From assembly GCA_038087875.1 (NCBI GenBank), contig CM075997.1, positions 6,512,001 to 6,576,000 on the forward strand: 64,000 bases of DNA. The letters run 5' to 3'. The translations under genes were made by a program, and so were the position numbers. Positions 13,201 to 25,600 of the stretch are shown one piece after another. Source of the stretch: Malacoraja senta (lineage: Eukaryota). Within the stretch, counting starts at the first letter, position 1. Each line of letters opens with the position of its first letter. The notes under the pieces are model-generated. The model saw only the letters and a list, made by a program, of their open reading frames with translations, was not told where the DNA came from and ran no database searches.

Positions 13201-13334
13201 TCCCATGTTCCCCTCCCCTCTGTCTTACTGCTCTATTTTGTTTTGTTTATTCCTGACTCTCAATTGTAAAGCGACTTTGAGTCCTGAAAAGCGCTATATA
13301 AATAAAATCTATTATTATTATTATTATTATTATT
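10217..13334 (+). mobile_element. L2-clade LINE: frameshifted endonuclease, open RT region, (TAT)n tail
   Basis: LLTETW, IYRPP, GDLNIH and SDH in broken frames. AATAAA at 13301 followed by (TAT)n to 13334. Confidence 0.92.
11143..13200 (+). CDS. L2 reverse transcriptase region (685 aa open; part of a disrupted ORF2)
   Basis: NYRPISNLPFLSK, QSGFR..HSTETAL, LLDLSAAF, GVPQGSVLGP, YADD, LHWLP, APRLWNSLP. Confidence 0.85.
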   Translation: MSTSLNTLAPSKTRTVTFNKSSPWYTPALRKLKQIGRRLERLIKKSPLTVHHEAYKLHLTAYKDALIAAKSAYLSSIFTDPCLYHRTLFSTVCNLLKPRAITLPTSTPDLCNSFLHFFADKISTIYQSLSPVPDSPASTPPPTKAPPFNISADLHTPPPHCFLSQFDPVTPTEISKLISSSKPTTCSLDPLPTPLLKSCLPALCPYLTNLFNSSLSQGIVPSAFKTAAVTPILKKPGLDPSSLINYRPISNLPFLSKTLECIVASQLHSHLLAYNLFEPLQSGFRPLHSTETALLKVLNDLLTSADSGSLNILILLDLSAAFYTVNHNILLTRLRDLGIEGSALSWFRSYLSNRSHFISLHNHTSATATVTQGVPQGSVLGPLLFIIYILPLGHILRHFKLDFHCYADDTQIYLSTKSPHHPPLSHINSCLSAIKSWLQLNFLKLNSSKTEFLLIGSKSTLTKINNPTLTIDGTTVSPSPQARNLGVILDSTLSLEPHIRHVVKTSFFHLCNIAKIRSSLTPPAAERLIHAFISSRLDYCNSLLFGINSSSIKRLQLVQNAAARLITHTKSWHHITPVLKELHWLPISHRITYKILVLTYKALNNLAPPYLIDLLSPYQPSRSLRSTSAGLLSTPKSNLCTFGGRAFSRAAPRLWNSLPQPVRNSESLTIFQSRLKTHLFTSAYP

Positions 13335-13980
13335 ACTTTCATTGACTGATGAACAAGGACCCCCAGATCCTGCTGTACTTCCCCTTTTCCCAACTTGACA
13401 CCATGTTGCAAAACATACTTGGCTAATAAAGTAGTATTATGATCATGATATGTGCATGAAGGAACTACAAATGCTTTTTTGCACAAAAGGCTGGAGTATC
13501 TCAGCGCTTCAGGCAGCATCTCTGGTGACAAGGAATGTGTAACGATTCGCGGATGTGATTTCTTCACACTCACTGATGTAATCTGTTCACCACACTCTCG
13601 CTGAATATCCCCCCCCCCCCCAACTCCTCCTTTGCTCCATAGATGCTGCCTCACCCGCTGAGTTTCTCCAGCATTTTTGTCTACCTTCGATTTATCCAGC
13701 ATCTGCAGTTTTCTTAAACACTGATGTAATCTGTTCATAATACTCTCCTCCCCCCCCCCCCACCTCTATTCCAACAGCAGTGTACTTCATTGAGAGCATA
13801 TAGTCATACAGCACAGAAATAGTTCTGTTGGCCCACAAAGTCCATACCGACCATCAACTACTCATCTCTACTGATCTCCTTAAAAGTACGGCTAAATATT
13901 ATGTTTAATGCTTTGATGATTGAAGGATTTAGGGGCAGAGTCAAGTGGGAACACCCCTCAAAGAAGGAAAGGGAGATCAC

Positions 13981-16900
13981 CCTAGGGCCTCGAAATCTAG
14001 GGGGCCTCCGGCCAAGGCAGGACACCTGTCGTTCAACTCTGGGCGGCCCCCCTCTCTATCTCTCTCTCTCACTCTCCGTCTCGCCCGCCATCCATATCCG
14101 TGTCCAGGCCGCCGGGTCTCCGCTCTCCGCTCGCTCCTCATCCGCCGGCACAGCAGCCCGCCTTGCACATGCGCACTGCTACGGCCAGCACGTCCTCCCC
14201 CTGCACATGGCCACAACCACCGCCAGCACATCATTGGCCGCCCAGCGCATGCGCACTGCCACGGCAACTGGTCGGCGCTAGGCACTTTCTCCCTCGCTTT
14301 GAATTGTGGGAGAACTAACTGCCATTGCTGTCCGGTCGCCGCCTTGCCGCGACCGCTGAAAACCAACGCAGAATCACTCCCTGACCCTGGATATGGAGTA
14401 TCTCCCTGGAGTAACTCTTGCTTCTGGTTTCCTGGTCCTCCATAAATATTCGAAATGGAATTTAAACTGGAGGTGGTGGAGGACTGAACAATAACAGCCT
14501 ATTGCATTTTATCTGTTTATTTATTGTGTATATATATGGTCGATGGTATATAAACACACTGAACTTTTATCTCCTGTTCTGTGTTATGTTCACATATTCT
14601 GTTGTGCTGCAGCAAGCAAGAATTTCATTGTCCTATCTGGGACACATGACAATAAAACTCTCTTGATTCTTGACTTGGTCTTAAGCAAAAAAGGATTCTT
14701 GGGGAAAAAAGACGTACCTTCAATTTAGTTGCGTCTGGTTGGGTAACTATGGTAGGGTGAAGACTATTCCATGCTTTAATTGTGCGGGGGAACTCCATGG
14801 AGCAGCCAGCAAATCTGGATAGAAGAAATTGGGTGATGTTTCGGGTAGAGACCCTTCTTTAGACTCCCTCTGGTTTTAGTGATTTTAATACAGCGTGGAA
14901 ACAGGCCCTTCAGCCCACCGATCACCCGTACTCTAGTTCTATCCCACACATTAGCGGAGTAAGTCAAGAGTCAAGAGTGTTTTATTCTCTGACGTCCCAG
15001 TTAGAACAATGAAATCCTTACTTGCAGCAGCACACAGAATATGTAAACATAGTACTCTGTAAACAATGTTATAAATGAGAAAACAAAACGGTGTATATTT
15101 ATATATGAATATATAACTATATAAATATCTGTGTGTGTGTGTGTGTATATATATAATATATATACCCCCCCACACACACACACAATTTCCCTCCTGGGAT
15201 TAATAAAGTTATATCGTATAGTATTGTGTGTGTAGGAAGGAACTGCAGATGCTGGTTTAAACTGAAGATAGACCCAAAAAGCTGGAGTAACTCAACAGGT
15301 CAAACAGAATCTCTGGACAAAAGGAAAATATTACGTTTTGGGTTGGGTCTGAAATAGGTTCCTGCACACCTTTGGAATGTGGAAGGAAACAAGAGCACCC
15401 GGAGAAAACCCATGCGATCAAAAGGAAAAGGAGCAAACTCCATACAGACAGCACCCATATTCAGGATCAATTCCGGGTCTCTGGCACTTTTAGGCAGCAA
15501 CTTTATGGCCAATGTACTGCCCATAGTCTTGAACTTAATTAAAACATACAGTAGCTGTAAAGGGGAACATAGCGTCACTTGGAGATTTAAAACTGAAAAT
15601 GGATATTTTCTTTTTTTTTAGTAACCAAAGTTATCAACGTATAATTTTGTGTGTGTGTGTGTGTGGCACAGATGGTAGACTTGCTGCCTCACACACCAGA
15701 GATCTGTGTTCGATCCTGTCCTCGGGCACTGTCTGTGTTGAATTTGCACATTCTCCCTGCAACAGTGTGGATTTCCTCCCACATGCCGAAGACACATTGG
15801 CTTTGTAGGTTAACTTTTCTCTGTAAAATTGCCCCTAATGTGCAGGGAGTGGGTGAGGAAAGTGGGATAACAGAACTTGTGTGAATGCATAGACAAAAAT
15901 GCTGGAGAAACTCAGCGGGTGAGGCAGCGTCTGTGGTGCGAAGGAAATAGGCGACGTTTCGGGTCGAGACCCTTCTTCAGACTGATGTGAGGGTGGAGGG
16001 GACGGGAAGAAGAAAGGAAGAGGCAGAGACAGTGGGCTGAGGGAGAGCTGGGAAGGGGAGGAGAAAGCAGGGATTACCTGAAATTAAGGAAGTCAATGTT
16101 CATACCGCTGAGGTGTAAACTGCCCAAGCGAAATATGAGGTGCTGCTCCTCCAATTTACGGTGGGCCTCACTCTGGAAGAGGCCCAGGACAGAAAGGTCA
16201 AATTCGGAATGGGAGGGGGAGTTGAAGTGCTGAGCCACCGGGAGATCAGTTTGGTTATTGCGGACCGAGCGGAGGTGTTGGGCGAAGCGATCGCCAAGCC
16301 TATGCTTGGTCTCACCAATGTAGAGCAGCTGACACCTAGAGCAGTGGATGCAATAGATGAGGTTGGAGGAGGTGCAGGTGAACCTCTGCCACACCTGGAA
16401 AGACTGCTGGGGTCCTTGAATGGAGTCAAGGGGGGAGGTAAAGCAACAAGTGTAGCATTTCCTGCGGTTGCAAGAGAATGTGCCAGGAGAAGGGGTGGTT
16501 TGGGTGGGAAGGGACGAATTGACCAGGGAGTTATGGAGGGAGCGGTCTCTGCAAAAGCCAACAGGGGAGGAGATGGGAAGATGTGGCCAGTGTGGGATCC
16601 CATTGGTAGACAAAAAAGCTGGAGAAAATCAGCGGGTAAGGCAGCATCTATGGAGGCAAGGGATAGACGACGTTTCAGGTCGAGACCATTCTTCAGATTG
16701 ATGTCGGGGGGGGGGTGGGGGGACACGAAAAAGAAAGGAAGAGGCGGAGACAGTAGGCTGTGGGTGAGCTGGGAATGGGAGGGGAAGGAGGGAGAAAGGA
16801 AGGACTACCTGAAATTAGAGAAGCCAATGGGCATACCGCTGGGGTGTAAACTTCCCAAGCAAATATGAGGTGCTGCTCCTCCAATATGTGGTGGGCCTCA

Positions 16901-17749
16901 CTCTGGCCATGGAGGAGGCCCAGGACAGAAAGGTCGGAATCGGAATGGGAAGGGGAGTTGAAGTGTTGAGCCACCGGGAGATCAGGTTGGTTATTGCGAA
17001 CTGAGTGGAGGTGTTGTGTGAAGCGATCGCCAAGCCTGCGCTTGGTCTCACTGAGGTTGATCATACGCTGAATAATCCAACCACATTTTTGTGTGGAAGT
17101 GGAAAGAAATAATAGTAATTGCATTCATTGCAATGTGTAAAAAAAGTTGAGATAATGTATTATAATTTTGCAGCATGTCACTGTGGTATATATCATGTCT
17201 TGATTGGTGAATATGTTTAGTTTGTGACTTTATTTGAAGCGGAAATAATATGTGAATGCTTCATTGAGCATAATGCCGACTGGTAACTATGTACTTCGTC
17301 CAAGCACATTATCGCGCGCGTCATGCAAGCCGTCTTAAATGACCACCTAAACTATCATTTGGCAACATAAAAAGCTGCCAAGGCTGCCCGGCTGACAACA
17401 GTGAAAAAAAAATAAGTGAGAGCCCTGCAAGGTGTACAATATTTTTAATAGGCCTTTCTTAAATATGCTGTCACAACGCACTGTAGTCTCTAAACAACCT
17501 TTCAGTAATTTTTCTTGCCCTCCATTTCAGGATAATAGTGTTTAAAGCCGATAACTCGACACTAGCACTGGCAATAAATAAATTAATTAATAAAGCACAA
17601 CTTTCCAGCCCCTTATCTCATTGGCCACGCTCGGCTGCAAATCGGTGTCAATCTGGTGGACCATCTTCCTTAGTCGTGGGGGTGGGGGATTGGGGGAGGC
17701 TTCACAAGTGGAACAACTTAGGGCCTCTCTTCATCTAAATCTGGCCCTG
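13981..17749. mobile_element. hAT-type non-autonomous element, unit A copy (left end lost, right TIR kept), with nested insertions
   Basis: Paralogous to 35246-41866. Ends TAAATCTGGCCCTG at 17749. Confidence 0.75.
15891..17052 (-). mobile_element. Two tandem Penelope-like element 3' fragments (GIY-YIG endonuclease + pseudo-LTR)
   Basis: ORF 16074-16613 has CTSSNLIYCIHCSRCQLLYIGET..RLGDRF..H. The pLTR is repeated at ~15891-15985 and ~16607-16700 with a CTGAAGA...GAAAC core. Confidence 0.88.
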
Positions 17750-19472
17750 CTGAATGACCTGTCCTTTGTGGAAAAGTTATTTCCAGACCAACACCTTTGA
17801 CCATGTCCATTGGGCAGTGATCAGCATGGAACATCCTGCAGGCACTGCACAATAATGACTTGATGGATCCCGTGGCCAGGTTCCTTGGGCAGACTGCCCA
17901 GTTTGTCTGATTCAGCTGTGGCTCAGCTGTAGAGTTGCTGTCTTACAGCAACAAAGTCCTAGGTTCTATCCTGACTATGGGAGCTATCTGTACGTACATT
18001 CTTCCCGTGAGTTGCATAGGTTTTGTCCGGATTCTCTGGTTTCCTCCCGTACTCCAAAGATGTGCATGTTAAATAGCTTTCGTAGTATTGTAAATTGTCC
18101 CTAGTGTAGTAGGATAGTGGGAGTGTGCAGGGATTGCTGGTCGTCGCGGACTCGGTGGACCAAAGGGCCTATTTCCGTGCTGTATCACTAAAACTAAAAC
18201 TCTGACAACATCAGGACCACACTTGGCTGGTGGTTTTAGTTTAGTCAACTTTAATATTGTCATGTTTACCAAGGTACTGTGAAAAGCTTTTTTGTTGTGT
18301 ACGATCTGATCAGTGGAATGACTATAGAGGGCCATCCCAGTCAGATACCTTCCTGTACCATCGGAATCTTAGTACCAATGCACGTCGCCCTCAGGATGGA
18401 TAATATGGAGAGGAGATGGTTGCCCACCTCTTCGCAGAGTGTGGATTTGTGAAGAGGGTCAGAAGAATGATGCTACGGTCCTTGTCTCGTGTTCATTGCA
18501 AATAGCTCCGAAACAAAAGACTCTCTAATATCCGTGCTGTTGCTAGGGACACTTTCAGAAACGGACATCAAGTACTGGACATTGAGGGACTGAATATGGT
18601 GAAGGTAACCCTTGAGCAAGAGATGGGATATCAGCCCGGAGATGCGATATATACGAGTGTGAAGGATATTTTTGTGCAAAGACATGATAACACTACAGAG
18701 CATGATACTAGCAATATTTAATGATAAAGTTTCTTCTTCAGATACGTTCCTACTTTGAACACCTCTTTCTGCCGAATGGATGGTGTGGGAGATGGGGGGC
18801 AGTGTTGATTTGTGGATGAGAAAGATGTTTTGCTTCCACTGGGAAATATGTTGTCGCAAAAGTTGTTGAAACAAAGACGAATAGCAGAGACTATGTTGAA
18901 CATGGAGCATTGGTCAGCATGGACGAGTTGGGCCAAAGGGCCTGTTTTCACGCTATGACACACAGACCACTGTGTAATGGCCCAGCATGCTCCTGTTGCC
19001 CCATTTTGCTGCTAGGTAACAAAGACTCAAGTGGGTTATGTGGTGAGTTCTTTAGGGTCAGTGAACAAGTAGGAAGGTGAATGATGTAAAATGGTGATAG
19101 ATGGAACTGCAGATGCTGCAATCTTGAGCAAAACACAAAGAGCTGGAAGAACTCAATGGGTCGGGCAGCATCTCTGAAGAGAAGGAATAATGACTATCCA
19201 GTTCCTCATGCGAGATGCAGGGAAAAATTTGCAACTGATCGGGAATTCATAACTGGTTGCCGGTGTCGACTCTCATCATCAATCTGATCCCGGGTGAAGA
19301 TTCACCGGGTGTTGTGTTATTTCCGTCGGCTGGAGGATGGGGGCATCAAGTGGGCTGAACTGGAACTGCAGCAGAGTGAGAAATAATCCGTCAGCAAACA
19401 ATGCGACAAACGTTGATCAAATCGTACAGCACTGGAGACTATTCAGTACCTGAACTCCTCTGATGTTATGTA

Positions 19473-19544
19473 GTGATGCTGGTATAGTGGTGAGCATAGC
19501 TGCCTTCCAAGCAGTTGACCCGGGTTCGATTCCCGACCATCGCA
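19473..19544 (+). tRNA. tRNA-Gly(TCC) variant, duplicate copy (C7:C66 and a T-stem C:A mismatch)
   Basis: Same body as 8453-8524 with 3' end CCCGACCATCGCA; TTTT downstream. Confidence 0.9.
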
Positions 19545-21094
19545 GGTTGAACAATTTTAATTCACGAGCTCCAGATTAACTTGCAGAACTCGAGGGCCCC
19601 ACGCTCACAAATTCTCATGTAACTTTGTGGACGGTTCGTACGAGTGTAAGCAAAATCCATCGCTATTTGCATAATTACTATTCACTGCGAATCCGCAATA
19701 CAATTTTTGTCCCTCACATTTTCCCAAGTGAATTGATGAAAGGAAGAGTGCTGCTTCCTACTCTATTCCAGATTCCCAGAGAAAAGCGAGACACATCCGA
19801 ATGTTTCCACCGGGTGGCGCTCCGGTGGCAGCCTCGCCTACAGTCTGTCTGTACTTTTCGTCTTTTTTTTTGTTATTTGTGGTGTGGTTAAAAAGTATAT
19901 GTTAATGTTCTCTGGTTTATTTTATGCGGGGAGTGGACGGGGTAAATTTTTTTTCAATCTCTTACCTTGCCGGAGATGCGATTGTTTTCCAGATCATATC
20001 TCCGGTCGCTCTGCGGCCTAACATCGTGAACCTGGAGGCCTTGCTCGGGACTGACTTTGAGGTCCACTGTGGGATGTGGAATTACCATTGGAGCCGATCC
20101 CATGCCTGGGATCGACGGTCCTACCACGGCCGTCGGAGTTCGCAGTCTCGGGTTGAGAACGACGTCGGGAGCTTCAAAAGCCCCACGACTTTCGACTAGC
20201 CCCGACCCAGGGTAGATCGCCCGGCGCGGGGGAGTGGAGATTCACCCCCTGATGCAGGAGCTTGATCACCCCGACGACAAAGGCCTACCGCCGGCTACGG
20301 GAGTAAGATCATCCGGTCAACGGAAGGTTAGAAGTCCCCGACCGCTGGAGGATAAAGAAGGGAAAGATTGAACTTTTTTTCAACTTCTATCACAGTGAGG
20401 AATGCGGAGGAGGCACTGTGGTGGATGTTCATGTTAAAATGCATTTTGTGTGTACAGTTGCTTTTTATTTTGTCTGCTCTGTTGCTTTTGATTGGTATGA
20501 CTGTATGGCAAATGAAATTCCTCGATATGTAGCAAAACATACTTGGCTAATAAAGTATTATTATTATTGTAACGGGGATAGCTTGGACCCGATAGCAGCA
20601 CAGAATCAGGCAGGTATAGTTGGTACTGAACTTTATTCCTATACTGTAACACAGGAATGGGTACACTGTACTCACACAGAGGCTCAGGATTGAGCGAGGG
20701 TTCCGAAGAGGGGCAGGCAGGTTCGAATCCGTGTAGGCAGTCTGGAAATCGCTGGAGAGTCTTGCATGAATGCTGAGAACAATCTGGCACTGTGTGAACG
20801 GTGAGGAGAGTCAATATACTGGATTAATTGGTGATCAGAGGCACTGAGTGCCACAGGTGAGGAGCGTTGGGCTGATGAGAGGGGAGTGGCAGGCAGGCAG
20901 GAGAGGAGAAGGAGGGCCCGGTGGAAAAGTACTGGGAGGTGGTGGATGAGAATGAGGAGAGGGCAGCCTGTGACAGAACACCCCCCTCAAGGGACGGCTC
21001 CTGACGTCCCAAACCAAAAGGAAAAAAAAAACAATAAAGAAAATAAACCCAATCCCACGCAGAGTTGGGTGGGAGGAGGGGGACCGGAGGAGGG

Positions 21095-24000
21095 CTAATA
21101 TTTGTCCGAGACATCCATGTCCGCATCCTCCTCCATAGCATCAGAGGAAAGCTCCGTCTCGTCGTCACTGGGCGCCTCAGACGGAAGAGGGGACAGAGTC
21201 TCAGGGGCGGCGACCCCGCTAGGAGTGGCGGACTTGGACGGCTGGTCGGGATGACGCCGCTGAAACTCCCTGATGAGGGAGGCGTCCAGGATGTGTCGAG
21301 CAGGAACCCAGGACCTCTCCTCTGGACCGTAACCCTCCCAATCGACCAGGTATTGGAGACCCCTCCCGCGACGGCAGGAGCGCAGGAGGCGGTGCACCGT
21401 AAAGACGGGGCCTCCGTCGATGAGACGAGGAGGAGGGACTGCGGGGACCAGGGAGCTCTCCCGGACTGGCTTTACTCTGGACATGTGGAACGTAGGATGG
21501 ACCCGCATGGAACGAGGCAACTTGAGCCTCACAGCCACTGGGTTGATGACCTTCTGGATCTCAAAGGGACCGATGAACTTGGGTGCCACACCCTCTGGCC
21601 CGCGAGGTAGGTGGGGGCCTGGGTGCGGTGACGGTTGGCAGTCGTGGCGTAACGGGCCACGGAGCGGAGAAGAGCCGCCCTGGCTTGGGTCCACATCCTG
21701 CGGCAGCGACAAATGAAGGCCTGGACGGACGGGCAGGAAACCTCTTTCTCCAGCGCCGGGAACAGTGGTGGCTGGAACCCGTAGGCACACTGGAAAGGGG
21801 AGAGCCCAGTGGCCGAGCTTGTCAGGGTGTTGTGGGCGTACTCCACCCACAACAACTGCTGGGACCAGGAGGAGGGATGCTTGGACACCATACACTGCAG
21901 CGCCGTCTCCATCTCCTGATTCTTCTTTTCAGTTTGGCCGTTGGACTGGGGATGAAATCCGGACGTCAGACTCATGGTGGCCCCCACAAGCGTGCAGAAT
22001 TCCCTCCAGAACAGAGGCAAACTGGGGTCCTCGGTCGGAGACCACTTCGACGGGGAGACCATGGAGCCTGAAGACGTGGAGTAACATGAGCTCGGCAGTT
22101 TCCTTGGCTGACGGAAGCTTGGGCAGTGGCACGAAGTGAGCCATCTTGCTAAATCTATCGACCACGGTCAGGATGGTGGTGTGATCCCTGGATGGGGGCA
22201 GGCCAGTAACGAAGTCCAGGGAGATGTGGGACCATGGTCGATGGGGTACAGGCAGTGGAAGCAGATGACCCGCAGGAGCTTGGTGTGAGACCTTGTGCTG
22301 GTTGCAAACGGGACAGGCGTTGACAAACTCCCGAGTGTCCTCCTCCAGCGATGCCCACCAGAACCTCCGTAGCACCATTCCTTGGTCCGCTGAATGCCGG
22401 GATGACAGGTGAGTCGAGAGCTGTGGGCCCACTGAAGGACGTTGGACCGCAGGGCAGAGACCACAAACAGGCGATCAGGAGGGCATGTGCTGGGTCCCGG
22501 CTGGTTCTCCAAGGCCGCCTTGACCCTCTCCTCCACCTCCCAGGTGAGGGAGGCAACCCTGTGCGAGGACGGGAGGATGGTCTTGGGGCCAGAGGCAGAA
22601 TCCTCCTTTGCCCAGAACTGTCGAGAGAGGGCATCGGGCTTCACGTTGCGGGACCCAGGTCGGTAGGAGAGGGAGAAGTTGAAGCGGGTGAGGAAGAGAG
22701 ACCAGCGGGCCTGACGAGAGTTGAGCCTCTTGGCTGACTGGAGGTATTCAAGGTTCTTGTCATCAGTCCAAACCAAGAAAGGCTGCTCGGTTCCCTCCAG
22801 CCAGTGACGCCATTCCTCCAACGCCAACTTAACCGCCAACAGTTCTCGGTTGCCAATGTCATAATTCCTCTCAGCAGGGGTCAGGCGTCGGGAGAAGAAG
22901 GCGCATGGATGGAGCTTCTGGTCCCCGGCAGCCCGCTGGGACAGAACAGCTCCCACCCCCACGTCGGAGGCTTCCACCTCCACCACGAACTGTCTCTCCG
23001 AGTCCGGAACTTGGAGGATGGGGGCCGATGTAAACCGTGTCTTGAGTGTCTGAAAAGCTTCGTCGGCCATGGCAGACCACCGGAACGGAACCTTGGAGGA
23101 GGTGAGTGCCGTGAGGGGTGCGGCCACAGTACTGTAGCCACGGATGAACCGTCGGTAAAAATTGGCGAACCCCAGGAACCTTTGGAGCTGCTTGCGGGAG
23201 TCAGGAACGGGCCAGGTGGTGACAGCAGCGACCTTGGCGGGGTCCATCTTGATGTTCCCTTGGCCAACGATGTATCCTAGGAAGGAGACTGACGGGGAGT
23301 GAAACTCGCACTTCTCAGCTTTAACGAAGAGCGAGTTCGCCAGGAGCCGATGTAGAACTGCCTGGATGTGGTGTACGTGTTCCTCCTTGGTCCGTGAAAA
23401 GATGAGGATGTCATCAAGATAGACGAACACGTACTTGTTCAACATGTCTCTGAGAACGTCATTGACCAAAGCCTGGAAGACGGCCGGGGCATTGGTGAGG
23501 CCAAAGGTCATAATGTCCCGTGGGAGTGTTGAAGGCGGTCTTCCACTCATCTCCCTCTTTGATGCGGACCAAGTGGTAGCGTTGCGTAGATCCAGCTTCG
23601 AAAAGATGGTGGCCCCCTCCAGGAGCTCGAAAGCAGAGGAGATGAGTGGGAGAGGGTAGCGATTCTTCACCGTGATGCCGTTGAGCCCCCGGTAATTTAT
23701 GCAGGGACGCAGAGATTTGTCCTTCTCCACGAAGAAGAACCAGCCCCAGCAGGAGACGTGGAGGGACGGATGAGACCAGCAGCCAAGGAGTCGTTTATGT
23801 ATTTCTCCATGGCGCCTCTCTCAGGGGCGGACAGGGAGTAAAGGCGACCCCTAGGAGGAGCGGAACCAGGCAGGAGGTCTATGGCGCAGTCATAGGGCCG
23901 ATGAGGAAGAAGGGAGGTGGCCCTAGACTTGCTAAAAACCTCCCCAAAGTCATGGTACTCGGCTGGGACCCCCGTCAGATCTGGAGCAGCACTGGAGCAG

Positions 24001-24480
24001 GTGGCCGGTTGGGGAGCTGAGGCTTGCTTCAGGCACACTTGGTGGCAGGAAGGGCTCCAACCCAAGACGACCCCCGTCCTCCAGTCGATGTTGGGTTGGG
24101 TCGCTGAAGCCAGGGGTAACCCAGGATGAGGGGAAGATGGGGAGACTGCAGGATGTGGAACTGGATGGTCTCATGGTGATTACCAGACAGGAGCATGCGC
24201 ACTGGGACCGTCCGGTGAGAAGCAGTCCCCAGGCGATGGCCGTCGAGGGCGTTGGCGGGAACAGGTTCAGGCAGGGGAACACAACTGATGCCTAGCTGGC
24301 GGGCTAGTTCCTTGTCCATAAGATTGATGTCACAACCAGAGTCTATGAAGGTGGCGAGGGTGTGAGGACCATCAGACAACAGCAGACGGGCATGACAAAG
24401 AGGGCGTCGGGCAGAGGAACGTTCAGAGGTTCGACTCACCAGTAATTCCTCCGCTACTGGGGAGTCTGGCCTTTTACTGG
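21095..24480 (-). pseudogene. Sushi-like pol (protease, RT, RNase H, integrase, chromodomain) with multiple frameshifts
   Basis: ORF pieces 24029-24550, 23697-24065, 22168-23730, 21929-22432, 21529-22062 and 21095-21895 give consecutive pol domains. Confidence 0.9.
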
Positions 24481-24605
24481 ACACTTGGAGATGTAATGAC
24501 CTGCGAGGCCACAGTAGAGACAGAGGTTCCCCCGACGCCGACGTTCCCATTCCTCGGGGTGAGATTGGTGCGACCCACCTGCATGGGTTCGGGTTGCCTC
24601 GACGA

Positions 24606-25448
24606 TTACCCCGACGAGGGTAGTCCAGTCTCCGGAGGAAAATGAGCTTGGGTGGATAGCTGGCGGTCCGCCGGTCCCTGTCGCCTCTCCCGACGTCTCG
24701 CCAGGATGCGTTGGTCCAGACGGGTCGTTAGCTCGATAAGCCCATCCAGAGAAGAAGGAAGGTCGTGGGACACCAACTCATCCTTGATATAGTCATTCAA
24801 GCCCAGCAAGAAAGCGTCACACTGGGCCGGGGCGTTCCAATCACTCTCACGGGCCCTGGTGCGAAACTCGATGGCGAAGTCAGCGACGCTCTGGTTCCTC
24901 TGGCTCAACCCCAGCAGACCTCCCGCAGCGTCCGGACCCATCGAAACCTCACCGAACACCTTGCGAAGCTCCGCGGCGAAGGCCTGGAAAGAGGAGCAAG
25001 CCGGCGTGCGTCGCTCCCATTCAGCCGTTCCCCACAGCCGAGCTCTGCCAGTCAGGTGAATAATGGTAAACGCCACTCTCGCCGCTTTCTGGGCGAAGGT
25101 GTAGGGCTGTAGGGCGAAGAGAATGGAACAGTTCGTGATGAATGGGTTGCAGCCCTCCGGGTCTCCAGGGTAACGCTCCGGGGTTCCCACCCGGGGCTCA
25201 GGTGATGTTCCTGGCGGACCGGGAGCTGGTGCTGTCGGAGCCGGAGGCGAAGCATGGGGTGTAGCCTGGGCGAGGGTGGTCGTCAGCTGTTGGACCTGGG
25301 TGACTAGTGCAACCAATGCTTGTTCTTGGTTTGACACAGCCTGTCGAATCTCGGAGTTGGAGGCAGTGAGCATAGCTTCGTGCTGCAGGAGCGTGTGCTC
25401 AATCCTCCCGAAGCGGTCTGCCGGAGACGTAGTGTGCGCCGAGTCCAT
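24606..25448 (-). pseudogene. Sushi-like gag (PEG10/RTL1-related retrotransposon gag domain)
   Basis: Starts MDSA; PERYPGDP, LTGRARLW, LSQRNQSVADFAIEFR, FLLGLNDYIKDEL. The frame is broken before the CCHC knuckle. Confidence 0.85.
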
Positions 25449-25600
25449 TATTGGCCAGATTGTACTGTAACGGGGATAGCTTGGACCCGATAGCAGCACA
25501 GAATCAGGCAGGTATAGTTGGTACTGAACTTTATTCCGATACTGTAACACAGGAATGGGTACATTGTACTCACCCAGAGGCTCAGGATTGAGCGAGGGTT

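Larger units (their letters stand above)
4755..17749 (+). repeat. Tandem segmental duplication, unit A
   Basis: Collinear with unit B once insertions are removed: 4755-5261/17750-18257; 7231-9530/18249-20530; 13403-13513/20527-20567+28486-28557; 13981-15545/35246-37530; 16720-17749/37545-37930+41240-41866. Confidence 0.93.

Noticed and set aside
12608..13345. 245-aa Ser/Pro-rich ORF
   Set aside because: Alternate frame of the C-rich L2 RT, ending in the (TAT)n tail.
21065..25470. Many plus-strand ORFs of 60-180 aa
   Set aside because: Antisense shadows of the GC-rich Sushi gag-pol with no independent motifs.
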